In this document: piece by piece, positions 33,879-46,010 of the stretch
Numbering within the stretch: the first letter of the stretch is position 1
Layout: each line of letters starts with the position of its first letter
NCBI GenBank assembly: GCA_973895155.1
Contig: OZ316892.1
Location: 6,429,151-6,493,150 of the forward strand
DNA length: 64,000 nt
Source of the DNA: Marsupella aquatica
Lineage: Eukaryota > Plantae > Marchantiophyta
Direction: 5' to 3'
Notes under the pieces: model-generated
The model's database searches: none
Seen by the model: the letters and a program-made list of their open reading frames with translations, nothing else
What the model was told of the DNA's origin: nothing
Position numbers and translations under genes: made by a program

Positions 33879-34223
33879 TGTTGACCATAGACGACGATCG
33901 CAACGGCAAGCCCATGAACCATCCAACGCACAATAGTTGACACAGAGAGATACATGGTTCACCTCCACATGAGGCTATGTCCACGGGAACACACAAGAGC
34001 TTTATTGCACTCTAGACCGACCGGCCATACCAAGCATCCACAGCACAAGCTCTCCCTATCTCTCAACTGGCTCCATAACAATGAGCCTGAGTTCCACCTC
34101 TCCAAGCAAACACTGCTTGGTTATGGAGTGTGCACAGTATGACTAACCTAACCAAGTCTGCAACTAAGGTTAGTCTTAACTACGGTACATTCGTAACTCT
34201 AGACCTAAGAGTAAATCCTAACA
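33879..34223 (-). repeat. 5' LTR of Copia-2 (345 bp)
   Basis: tgttgaccatag...gtaaatcctaaca, adjacent to the PBS. Shares short motifs with the Copia-1 LTR. Confidence 0.9.
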
Positions 34224-34476
34224 GAGGCTACGTTCACGGGAACACACAAGAGAGCTTTATTGAACTCTAAGTCCGTCGGCTATACCAAGTCTCCACAGTG
34301 TAAACTCTCTTCATCTCTCAAGTGGCTCCATAACAATGAGCCTAAGTTCCACTTATCCAAGCAAACACCGCTTGGCATATAGTGTGCATCCTAGTTAACC
34401 TAACCACATCTCCGACTACGGTTAGTCTAACTATGGTTACATGTCGTAACCCTAGACCTTGAGTAAATACCTAACA
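34224..34476 (-). repeat. Partial LTR of a Copia-2-related element, the apparent insertion target of Copia-2
   Basis: gaggctacgttcacgggaacacacaagag...gagtaaatacctaaca repeats 33971-34223 with many substitutions. Confidence 0.85.
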
Positions 34477-37400
34477 TTCTTCTCTCTCATCATAGCCACA
34501 TTCACACGAGCTCTACTAGTGCCGGAATACTCAACTTGGAAGAATGTCAAAGAACTAATCCTCATTCTCCAAGGTATATCCCATGACACAAAGGGCATGG
34601 TAACCTGGGTGAACATGTCATCCCTACCAGGTCACCCTCCCAAACTCACAACACAACATGTGTCACCAACGAAGTGGCAACCCAAATGTAACATGGAGTG
34701 ACAAGAGTGTATGGGAAGTTAAAACTATAGATCTCATTAGAATATGTTTAGAATAGTATCTAGTTATAACTAGCAAAGTTTTGGGGCATTTCAATTCTCT
34801 CATCCAACTTCTCATTCTCGATGGTAATAAGTTATTTTATTAAGGGTAACTATTCAATAACAAAACTTGACCAAAGTTCCAAAGTTTAAGCAAGGTCTAG
34901 AATGATGTATCAGAGACCTTATTTTTCGCATTAATTTGCTGTCTAGCTAGTTTGAGCCAATGGTTTCAATTCTTACACAATGGATTGTGAATGCATTGTA
35001 CACATTAATAATTTTGTAAGCATCTGAATACAATCCAAACTAAATGTAAGATACATTATTCTAGATTTTAGAAATAGTAAATACATGATCAATTCTAGAT
35101 TTAGAAAGTGCAGACAATATTGTATAAATTGGGGTTAACCTTTCCCCTTTGACCCGAGGAATACAAAACTTTGAATATTTTGCTATATTATGGATGCCCT
35201 GGTGATTGGATAGTCGTTTGTGCTAGTAACTTAGCAGGATATGCAATGCAACCTTTTTGGTATGTTCATCTACACCTTTCACTTGGAGAGGGAGATAGGA
35301 CTCGCTAGCTTGTTAGACTCGCAGCAAAACTCATGTTTCCTTGTAATATACACTACCTCCACCGGAACTAAAAAAGATGAAAAAAAATCAGGTTGGGTAA
35401 CCAATGCATCTGTAAGAAATGCTCTTAGTGGTCAAGAGAAACAATACATACAAAAAAAGATGAACTTGTCTTAAAAAAATAATTCCTACTTAACCAAAAT
35501 GTTACTTGGTACTCCTGGAAGCAACGCTGAAAGAGCCTTTCCGCCTCATTTATTGCAGAGTCGCCCCCATTTATTGTGGACGAAGTGTCAGACGCACAGT
35601 AAGTTTTCGAGGAAAGTACTTTACGCTTGATGGAATTGAGCGATGCAACTTGTCAATTATCAGTCAACTAGATTGTCTTCTTACGTTCCTGAGTTTCCAG
35701 TTTGGTGAGTAAGTTGTCCACAAGAGGAGGTCAGGAATTGTGTCCAAGAGATATTCTGTGGTTCATGCACACGCACGAGACGAGAGTGGACTTGGGACGA
35801 GAAACGATCGGAAGAATTATCCGCTTGTTTTCGATTTTTTGCTTATGATTTTCAGACGTGCTATTATTTGCAGTGTGCTCTCCTCTGAAACAGGGTGAAG
35901 GCGATTATGAGATCCAAAGTCGGCACTGATGAGCGTATCACTGCAAACGAAGGTCCATCGCTTGCCAAGGCAATGACTCTCACGTCTGACATTATCTTCT
36001 TCTGAGTTTGATTTTCATGCTAAAGTCGTTTGTATTTGGTTGTATCTGGTTTACAAAATAAAACGGTAGAATGGTAAGATTTTTGAGGAAGAGATCGTGT
36101 CTTAATTTGGCATTGAAGTCACATTATTATTTGGTTTCCGCACTTGACATTTATTTTACTGATGCTGATTCCTGCTGTCAGGTTTTCCTGTGTCATTGTG
36201 AGTACAACAATTTGGTGCTACTTGAGCACTAGTAACTGAAGCCAATTTAAGCAAAATGGTTGACGAGTTCGTAGGGCGAATTTGATCCGTATTCTAACAA
36301 ATTGGTGTAATCAATTCAGTAGTGAGGAGGTAATGAGGACGAAGTGAGGAAGATGTCAATCACCATGGGCGGCAGCCAACAAGCTGTCGCCCTCCAGTCA
36401 ACCCTTCTGCAGTTTACTAACTTGCTGAATTTTTGGGGCAGGCTAATGGCAAATCAAGTGCTCTCTATCTTACAAGTTCTGCCCAGAATTAACTATGGCT
36501 GAATTTGGCACACAACCAACCCATGGATGGCCTGGTTTAAAGCATTTCAAGTGTACAAGCTCTTGTCGTACTGCTTACCACTCCTATTCTAATGTATAAA
36601 CTCGTTCCTCCGCAGATGAAAAATTCTCGTGATGTTCTAGTTACCCAGGGTGCCTACTATGCTCTTCACAGTGACATTGTGGGTTCGTTACTGGGGCAAG
36701 TCTGATTAAACCTGATTTTTGACTGATAGTTGCTTAATTTCTAGATGGAACTCATTTTTATGTGCATCTTGATTTAATCCACCAAATATAAGGGAGTGCT
36801 AGTAGAACGCAAGGGGTGGGCTCAAGTTTCATCTCAGAGGGTCTGTTAAAACTTACAATGTTGTTTGTTCCCGTTTCCTTGATTGTCTACAGAGATGTGA
36901 TTGGAGTTGCAGCTGTGCTGGGACTTTCAATTCTCCTTCTGACGGGTCTGCTTTAACGTACTGGGATGATTGTCTCACTGAAAATTCAGCTTGGGATACT
37001 TTGGCGTGGTTTGCAGTGCTGGTTGGAATGGCAACCAAGTTGACTCATCTGGGTCTTGTTGGCTTTAGCGAACTTTGTTGACCAGTTTCTCTCCTTCCTT
37101 CTCCCTTGGCTGGCCGCGACATTTGAAATTCACCCGGCCTTCTACTTTGTCTCACGTTACCTGTTCGCGAGCCAGACTGGTGATGTGGGTGCCATGTGCT
37201 CTGCAATGTTGGCTACGCCAGTTGCTGCTGGAGTTCCTACTGTCGTGCAGCACACCAGTATATTTGAGGCCCTAACTCATTCCTGCAGTGGACAGGCCGC
37301 TGTCTACGATGGAGGTAACTCCATCTGTGAACTTGTAGAGGTCCTGTTCTGTTTACAGACTAGGACAAGGCCGCTGTGGATTTAATCATCATTTGATTCA

Positions 37401-38599
37401 ATGTCCAAGTCTCTCTGATGTTGTATGGCTGGTATGTTCACATGGATTGCACATGTCTGTTGACCTGTCCTGTGTTTTGCCTTCCAGACGGTATCGTTGA
37501 TCCACCTTTTTGCACTGTGGAACGTTTTGATATGGGCAGTGGTTGGTAGGGTTTGGAGGAAGTTTTGGGGTTTTAATTGATGAAGCTGATACTTGGGACA
37601 CGGCCTACGTTTCACGAAAGCGAAGTCAGTGAGGTTTTACTGTAGGTAATATTATTTCAGCCAGTTATTCAGTCGGCTCTTTTGCCCCCATGAGCCAATT
37701 ATTTCAGCCATTTATGAGCCTCTGGGGTATATCCTTGCAACGTAAGTTCGTAACATCTCAAGTCTGACGAGCTTCGAAATTTCTCGTTCATATAGGCTGC
37801 AGGTATTTTGGATGAATCCTAATATATGTCTGATCGTTTCAAAGCTCAGAAATGAATGGACAAAAGCTATATGACGTTTGTTTTGACTTCATGGAAGGTG
37901 GGATAATTTACCTTTTGCTGATTCCAACGAATGAGATGGAGTCAACTTGAATTCTACATCACAAGAAAATTTGTATTCCATCTCGTAATCCAAAGTAGGG
38001 CGAAACTGATTTACTTCTAATTGGGATATAAAGAAGGGCAACGGAGATCCTACTACATACAGCCGTCCTTGCGAACATAATAAGAGTGTTGTGGATCAAA
38101 ACTGCCCTTCCGATAAACGGAGTAGGACATCAAGGAAATTCTCTTTCAATCTTCATTCAAAACTTCAGACAGACGTGGAACAGCCCTGGTGATGACGACG
38201 ATGATGAGTCCAGAACTCGGCAGTTCAGCCAATTGATTACAAAGTGAGTCTACTAGCACAAGACAACATGACAGCCTCTCCTCTTTGGCAGTCTTGATTC
38301 ATGCGGAGGACAATCTTGAACTCGGTGCACAGGATAGGTAATTCGAAACCCGATGGTGCAGGTGAATATTGATTGAGCTGCTCTTCTTGGACTGGTTTGG
38401 CTCACCCAAACTGTTAGTCTTTAAGTCCATCCCTTCAGATCACCGCAATGAAAATGCTTCCATTCCGTAGACTTTTTTCAAACACACGAAACGTATGGGA
38501 TAGAACCAACAGTACTTCCATTTCAGTGGACCTTTCCAAACGCAACGAAGATATGGATACAAAGAGCCGTGTAACATCCATCCAATATTTCTCCTAGTC

Positions 38600-40669
38600 T
38601 CATATTTGACTAGTGCTGACCACATCAAATTGCACTCCATTCTTTTCGATTCGCTCTTGTAGATCGGTCGTACCAAAAGCACACCCCGGTGTTAGCACTC
38701 CACCTTTAGGTAAGGAGCTCCTCTGATCCAAGACAACAAGTGCTGCCTGGACCAGGCAGATGGGAGTGGTGACATATCCAATCTCAGGTCCAGAAATCCT
38801 AGTAACAATTTGCTTGTCAGGCTTTGTGGTCTTGGTGACCTTGGATGCATCACCAAATCCTGTGCCAACGAACCACTGTTGGAAAGAAGAATTTTTTACA
38901 TTCTCTTCGGTAGGTCCCTGCTTCAGAAAAGTTCCAAAAGAGAAGATTTCTGGATATTTGACGAGGAGAGAGCGACCCCACTTAAACTGTGAAAAGATGA
39001 CGAGCACAATGCCCAGGAGGAAAAATGCAACCAGGCCCGCGATAGTCTTGGAACAAATATATACCCCAAATTGAACTGGCTTAAGGCTCGCCCATTTCTG
39101 TTTCTTCGTTTCAGTAAAAGCAGGATTTGTCTCGTCTTCCAAAGTTGGCAAGCCCTCAGGGTAGTCAATTCTAGCTGCAAATGTCCGACGAACAACAATC
39201 GCATCAGCTGACGGTAGCTTCACCGCCCATGTTCTGGAATTGGGTTCGAAATGTATCGCAGGTTTCTTTATTGAAGAACCAGGAACCTGCACATTAGATC
39301 ACACAGGACTTCAGAATTTCAGCACTTACAATAATAAATTCTACTATCCCAACCATCCGTTAAGACAATCTCCGTGTGACTAGGCAGCTAGGTACGCAGT
39401 GCTGCACAATTCATCTGGTCAGAAGTTTTGCACTTGTCAGAGTAGCTCTGAGTTACGCTCACTGTGGCTTACTTAGGTTGCCTCTAGCTTCGTGGTGAGT
39501 TTACGTTCGACTCCCGCTCAAATTCTCGTTTTTCAATTCTTTTCGCAGATCAAGGTGAAGAGACACCCTCCTCTCCCAATCACTAGGCCACAGCTCGATC
39601 TCCAGGTTACTGCCAGCTCATCTAATAGGAAGTCTTCACCAGCAAGTGTGGCTGGATGCACCGTTGACAGGATTTAAAAACCAATAACCTTCAGGATTTA
39701 AACCTATTTGAGATCATACTATGAATGAACCAGGTACTATCTCAAAGTTATGCATGCGTCTAAAGCATTTCTGACTCATAGCGTCGACAATAATGTTCAA
39801 GAAAGTGACCTGGGACATCCTTGGCATCGCTGTCCAATCTGACTCGTAGCTTCAAAAGGAAAACCTTCAGCTTCAAGTACTCATTTCTCCATAGACTCTT
39901 TTAGGGTATAGTAGACAACATTTCTGAGAACTTGTTACCCATCACCAGGGGAACTCAAAACCCCATAGTAGAAGTGTTGGGACATTGATATCACCTGAGA
40001 CCTGGAACGACGAGGACGAGACTTGCGTAGCAGCTGGAGGTCCGCTTCATGTGCAACGCCGAGTACAGCCGACTCCCAAGTTCCAATATTGCCATGGAAG
40101 CGGCCAAGCTTATTCCACAGCACCAGATATGAATCACAAGATTGAGTGAGCGTGGGTGGACCGAATTGCCTTGCATTGTGGATAACGCCAAGCTCTGCAG
40201 GTATCGAGTCATATCCACATGCACTCACAACCAACGAACCTGCCTTCTTCGCTGATTCATGATAATTTGCTTCCATTCTCTCCATAAACTCTGGTTCTCC
40301 GGTGATGTCAAGGTAATCGACGCCTGCTTCCACACAGGCCTTGACCACAGGCTCCCCATATTTTCGGTAAGGCCCTACCACGTTGAGCAAAAGCCTCGTC
40401 TTCTTGACTAGGGATGCTAAGGAAGCTTGGTCCTCCACATTGGCCTCAAAGATGGAGACTTGGACAGGAGATGGTTTTCCCTCCAGCGCCCAGGTGAGAG
40501 AAGCTGAGAGTTTGGATTTGCTGCGGCCTGCAATGCCCACTTTTCTTTTCCCACCACTTCCATCGGCCGTTGGACAGTCCGTGAACTTCAGCAACTCCCT
40601 GATCACATACTTCCCTGTGAAACCGGAAGCCCCAAAAATGATCACATCCACGAGCTGATCTGCTGCCAT
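38600..40669 (-). CDS. Saccharopine dehydrogenase-like oxidoreductase (SCCPDH family), 2 exons: 40669-39995 and 39286-38600, about 453 aa
   Basis: Rossmann motif IIFGASGFTG, NVVGPYRKYGEPVV, YLDITGE, SACGYDSIPAELG and C-terminal GPEIGYVTT...GGVLTPG. Phase-0 GT-AG intron at 39994-39287. Confidence 0.93.
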
Positions 40670-41017
40670 CTGCTGAGCAGCAAGAAGTATGCTGGGGCCT
40701 CCACTTGCTTCACCAGCAGCAGAGTGAGAGTTGAAGATCAAACTTGTCACCAGTGAACAAGAACAGAATCCAATTGGTTGAACTCAAGAACAGCAGCCAA
40801 TCGAGTTGAAACGAGAACGGAAGAGAAGCGCGCTGGAGGAAAGCAATTCTTTCGTCTCCTTGCAGAACTGAACTGGTTGGTTTTGAGTGCTATGGCGTTC
40901 GATAGAAAACTGGAGACACGATGATCCCTGGCCTCCGTGCAATGCTGACACAGGATAACCATTTGCCTTTGCCACGTGGACCTTTGCACTTAATTGACTC
41001 AATATCAGGTCTAGTTT

Positions 41018-41277
41018 GTTGATTTGGTTTTCTCTCACTCTAGTGTTCTTGTTCTTGGGGATGTGATTTTTGTTGAAGTATCATGCTAATTTGGGTTTGT
41101 CTCGCGCTGGTGTTCGTGCCCTTGGGGATGTGGTTGTTGCTGAGGCGTCATGCTGATTTGGTTTTCTCTCGCGTTGGTGTTCGTGCCCTTGGGGATGTGG
41201 TTGTTGTTGAGGTGTCATGCTGATTTGGTTTTCTCTCACGCTTGTGTTCGTGCCCTTGGGGATGTGGTTGTTGTTGA
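41018..41277. repeat. 67-bp tandem repeat, about 3.9 copies
   Basis: Units start at 41018, 41085, 41152 and 41219 (gctgatttggttttctctc...cttggggatgtggttgttg...tcat). Confidence 0.92.
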
Positions 41278-44200
41278 CCCCATGAGTGGAGCCAATGTGG
41301 CGTCTGCTGCCCATGTCCAGGGTCATACTGTTGCGAGGGTTGCTTGCCTTAAAGAGGAGGCTTACACATGCGTTACTCGGGGGACCTTTTCTACCCATAT
41401 ACTGTGGAGGACTTTAGAGCTTTGCACTCGACTTTTGACCATTTCTTGCACTCTTGTGTGGTTCATTATGTCTAGCGACGGCCTTATCCACTCGTCTTTG
41501 TTATCACTGCCTTTTTTAGGCAGTGGGTGTCTATTGTGCTTCAGCGTGCACAGGCCTTCACTATCCTTCGTAGGAGAGGCAGTTGGAGTCCGGACATCTA
41601 GTCGGATTCAATTCCCTTGCTTGACACTCCTGTGCAGTTCAAGCTTGAGCTTTACCAGGCTTTTCAATTTGCCACTGGGTAGACTTTAGGGTAGTGTGTC
41701 TTTTGTTTTCCTTGCGCTGGGCTTGTGCCTGGTCTTTTTGGCTTTTGGGGCCTTTTGGCTTTCTGGCCTTTTTCTTGTTATCCCTTCGTTGGGTTTTTGG
41801 CATGTGGGTTCATGTCTCCCAATTCGGCCCCCTTGCTTTTTAGCAGTTTGGTATATATAATATCTAGTTAAGTGTGGGACTCATGATAGAGTCCAAAATC
41901 TAGTCAAGTGTGGGACTCATGATATATACCAGCTTGTAGCGTGACTCCCAAGCCAATTTTATCCAACTCACAAGTATAGTCTAAATTATGTTAAACCACA
42001 CCTGTCCATATAAGAGCCCCATTCCCTCCTTTGTTGTTAAACCAGAACTGTCCATATAAAAGCCCTGTTCCCTCCCTCGCCACTCATTCATTACCTGTGC
42101 TCAGTCCTATGGTGAAAAGTGTCTCACCATAAAAGGGGGAGCAGTTGCCAATAAAAGGTGAAGCACTCACCACCTTTTGCATCTTTTGCGGGGCTCAAGG
42201 CCATTCCTAAACCCATAGCTCCTATAATTAGGGGCAATTGTGGTTGAAATGAAAGTTTGTTACTAGAGAAATTAGGATTACTCGTGTCCAAACAACCATG
42301 TTACTCCTACTCAAAAGCATAGTCTCAATATCAGATACATATTATTATCAGAGAAATTATGGCTCCCCTTAAACCACCACTGGCCATATAAAAGGAGAAG
42401 AGAGGCCAAGACTATGCTTCATATTTACAAAAAATGGTGAAACCTTCCAGGTTTTGTCATGTACAGTGGTGCTTTAATCAAAACTTCCATGCTTGTGTGG
42501 CTACTCACAAGCACTTCCCCGTGGCTGTGTTTTGGAGACTGGCTAGTATAACACCCTTGGGCTCACCACCCTCAGGGATTACAGCCCATAACCCTCCAGG
42601 CCATGGGTTGCTAGTCCATAACTCCTTGCAGACTATGGGTTATAACCCAAAGACACCTTCCCCTTATCTTTTGGGTATAAACCGCCAAACCCCAATTTTG
42701 GATCGATGGAGGTTGTTATATATACTGGCCCTTCAAAATCAGCGCTTCACCATCCTCAATCCCTGGAGGATTATGGACTAAGGGACCACAAAGTGATAGT
42801 GAAGGCAGAGATACTCTGAAAGGTGAATTTGGGAGTGGGGTCCAGATGCACACTGCCACAGCTCCAGTTTGGGGGAAATAACTCACCATAGACTGCCAGT
42901 GGGATGCCATGCATCGCATTGGGGTGATAGTTTTGGTGGATTTGGTGGCAATATATTCAGAGTTAAAGTAGCTTTTCATGGCAGATTGGTTTAGTCCAAC
43001 AATTGCAAACTTGGTTGAGATTTTTCATCAAACTACTATTATCTAACACATGCTCTCCCTTGCTGGTTTCCCAATAACCCCGGGGTCCTCACTTCTTTTC
43101 TTCCGACCCATCACGCGCGAATAAGTATAGGGTTTTTTTATTTGGTTTAGTGAAATACTTTTAAATTTTTGTTGAAGAACATTAGGGTTAGGTTAATCCA
43201 ATTTTGAGAATTATAAGAATCATTATGGTTTTTTTGAATCAAATATGGGAACATTCCATAAAGTTAGGGGTAAAAAAGTTCCTAAAAAAAACTTTATTGA
43301 CTTAACTTTTAGGGTGTTTATTCCCCCAAAACTTTGAGCGTGATATGAGACACCCCTTGGATTGAGGCCCCCGAGCCAATAACCAAAACAATCACGACGT
43401 CTTGCGAACGTGTCCTACCAAGTTGGTATGTGAACACCTATAGTGCTGCAGTAGATAGATTGGGAGGTGATAGAAATTGGTACATGATTTGTGTTTGAAA
43501 AGAAATACATTTCTTCAGCTAATAAACTGAAAGTGATGCTTGGATGGACCCTCAACTATGCTGATGACATTTGTTTATTCTAGATTCAAATTGGTTTGAC
43601 TTGTATCCATGGGTCAGATGTACAACAAAGAGGAAGCTTGTCACAATTACATACTGCTGCCACTCTCGAGAAGCTTAATAGGAAATTGATGGCAGGTCGG
43701 AGTAGACGTGTACAGCCAGAAGGGGCCAGCTCTCTCCTCATGTATCCCCTCTCCAATTTGCAGTTCAGAATATTTTCAAAATTGACTGAATATATGTATT
43801 TAGCTGACTTTGGCATCTTGCGAATTTGTCGCTGGCCGACCAACATAAGTTTCAGAGAATACCATGCCCAGTTCATTTCTTAGGCCTCAGTATCATTTCA
43901 TCCACGAAATGGAAATACTAGTGGGGAAGGGTGTGGGGGGGGTAAATTCTCCAGACATAATTCAAGATAGAGTAGAGGTGAGAAGATGTAGCAAAAAATT
44001 CTGAGACCAGATGATGAGAAAGGCCAAGCTTCTCACATAAAATTAGAGATAGTCTTAAGTATTCTTGTTCAGATAACTTTTGCTTGAGGTCCCCATCAAA
44101 GCTCCCTCCCCCCATTTTTGAATTATACCGGGGTCCCATAAGGCAGTTTATGGGATGTACTGTCAGGCCATAACTTTGGCCTGCAGCCCAGTACTGAGAT

Positions 44201-44851
44201 GCCCTAGTAGGAGACACTGTTCCAAGGGTACTTAAACAAAATGGGCAGGAAAGGGTGGGGCAACTTATATAATTTTGCTTATAAGATAGGGGGTCAAACT
44301 CTAAAACATTGCACTTGATCCCGCACTTGATTTATGGCCCTCCATAAAGTGACCCCCCTGGGGTTTCTCTCCCTTATTTCTTCTTCTTCTCTAGGCATTA
44401 TGGTTGCATATGCCCTTCTCATTTTTGAAGTCAACATATATTTATACTGCCAAACAAGCAAAAGGGGCCCAACCTGGAGACGTGTCCCAAAGGCAAGAGG
44501 AGACAAGGGGAGACACAAACAAAAAAACCCCACAATTACCAAAGAGCCAAAAAGCATTCAATTGGTGTTTGTCCCTATCCGGACCGCTTTTGCTTTAACT
44601 GCATTGTAATGATTTACTCTTTTGCTGTTACTCCATAATTGTACTTTCCTTGTCTCTGGCTTTTCCTCCATTGACCTTTGTTTCTAAATTGGTCATATTC
44701 GGTTTCTATTCGGGTTCTATTCGGTTTCAATGGAAGGACAGCAAAAGCAACTTTGAGAGATTGTGGCCATTGTAATTCCTACATAGTCTACTCTGTACTT
44801 TATACTTTATACTTTACTGCCTTTTCTATTTGGTTGCTTTATTTTTGTTTA

Positions 44852-44891
44852 CAGGGCTGCATAGCAGGGCTGCATAGCAGGGCTGCATAGC
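44852..44891. repeat. 13-bp tandem repeat x3
   Basis: (cagggctgcatag)3. Confidence 0.9.
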
Positions 44892-45106
44892 TTCCTTCCA
44901 TTCCATTGATTGGAGTAAGTTGTCGAGAGCAGACGAAGAGAAGACGCCACTTTGCCAATTGTCTGAAGAGAGAGCTCTTGCTCTGTTTGGGTTGAAGCTT
45001 GCTCGGTGGTGGATGTGCGGAGGTGAAAGCTCCTTCTGCTTGAGGTTTCTTCGTTGCTCATTTCATGTCCCGATCCATTCATTGCTAGACTGGAATCATC
45101 CGAGTG

Positions 45107-45488
45107 TCGGAGTGCTTTTCTTCTGAATGTCTTTGCTTTGCTAGATTTGCTCTGTTGTTGCCTTCACTTGCATCAAGTTTCCCCTCGGAGTGCTTTTATT
45201 CTGAATGTCTTTGCTTTGCTAGATTTGCTCTGTTGTTGCCTTCACTTGCATCAAGTTTCCCCTCGGAGTGCTTTTCTTCTGAATGTCTTTGCTTTGCTAG
45301 ATTTGCTCTGTTGTTGCCTTCACTTGCATCAAGTTTCCCCTCGGAGTGCTTTTATTCTGAATGTCTTTGCTTTGCTAGATTTGCTCTGTTGTTGCCTTCA
45401 CTTGCATCAAGTTTCCCCTCGGAGTGCTTTTCTTCTGAATGTCTTTGCTTTGCTAGATTTGCTCTGTTGTTGCCTTCACTTGCATCAA
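45107..45488. repeat. 78-bp tandem repeat, about 4.9 near-identical copies
   Basis: Units start at 45107, 45185, 45263, 45341 and 45419. The single variable base alternates C/A/C/A/C. Confidence 0.96.
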
Positions 45489-46010
45489 TTTTTTTTTTTC
45501 CAAATTGAGACCCGCCAAGTGGGCACTTTCGCATTTAGCTGAGCTCGACAGAGAGTGTGAGACAGAGCAAATGTTTGTCTGCGAGGAGAGACAGGGAAGA
45601 GAAGTCAGGGATGAAGATGAGACGAATGCGCTGCAAAATTGCAACAATGCAGTATTCTAGTGTGTGAGAAAACAGTTGATCTGGAATATTTGTCTGTATC
45701 GTGATTAATGTCGGTCAAAAATTGAGAGCTTGGAAAATACTCCATACATTTTGCAAAAGAACTAGCTCAGAGATGGCAATGCGCGATCTAATGCGGTACG
45801 TTACCTGCTGCGACTTCTCGCTGGCTTAGGAGAGGATGAGAGGATGATATTCTCGTGATAGGACCGTCTATCGGCTCAACGACCAATCCATGTCTTTCTG
45901 CTCATGTACCATGAGCTCAAGTTCCATTTCTCACTCTTGTTTGATGACCTTTGATGAAATGTCGGCCATTTGCTCTGCAGGTTTGAGGCAGTCTGCAGAG
46001 GTAACACAAA

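Larger units (their letters stand above)
30502..34223 (-). mobile_element. Copia-2: 5' half of a degenerate Ty1/Copia element truncated in the integrase by the CACTA end
   Basis: 5' LTR 33879-34223 (TG...CA), PBS TGGTATCAGAGC at 33865-33876, gag 31446-32488, and PR/IN 30502-31445 ending at VYTPQQNGIV. Confidence 0.92.

Noticed and set aside
35925-35992. C/D box snoRNA candidate (TGATGA...CTGA)
   Set aside because: I found no terminal stem or convincing rRNA-antisense element, and such short motifs occur by chance.
45107-45488. Possible CRISPR array, or real proteins from ORFs 45054-45542 and 45104-45508
   Set aside because: Units are contiguous with no unique spacers and there are no cas genes. 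The ORFs stay open only because the 78-bp unit lacks stops in those frames.
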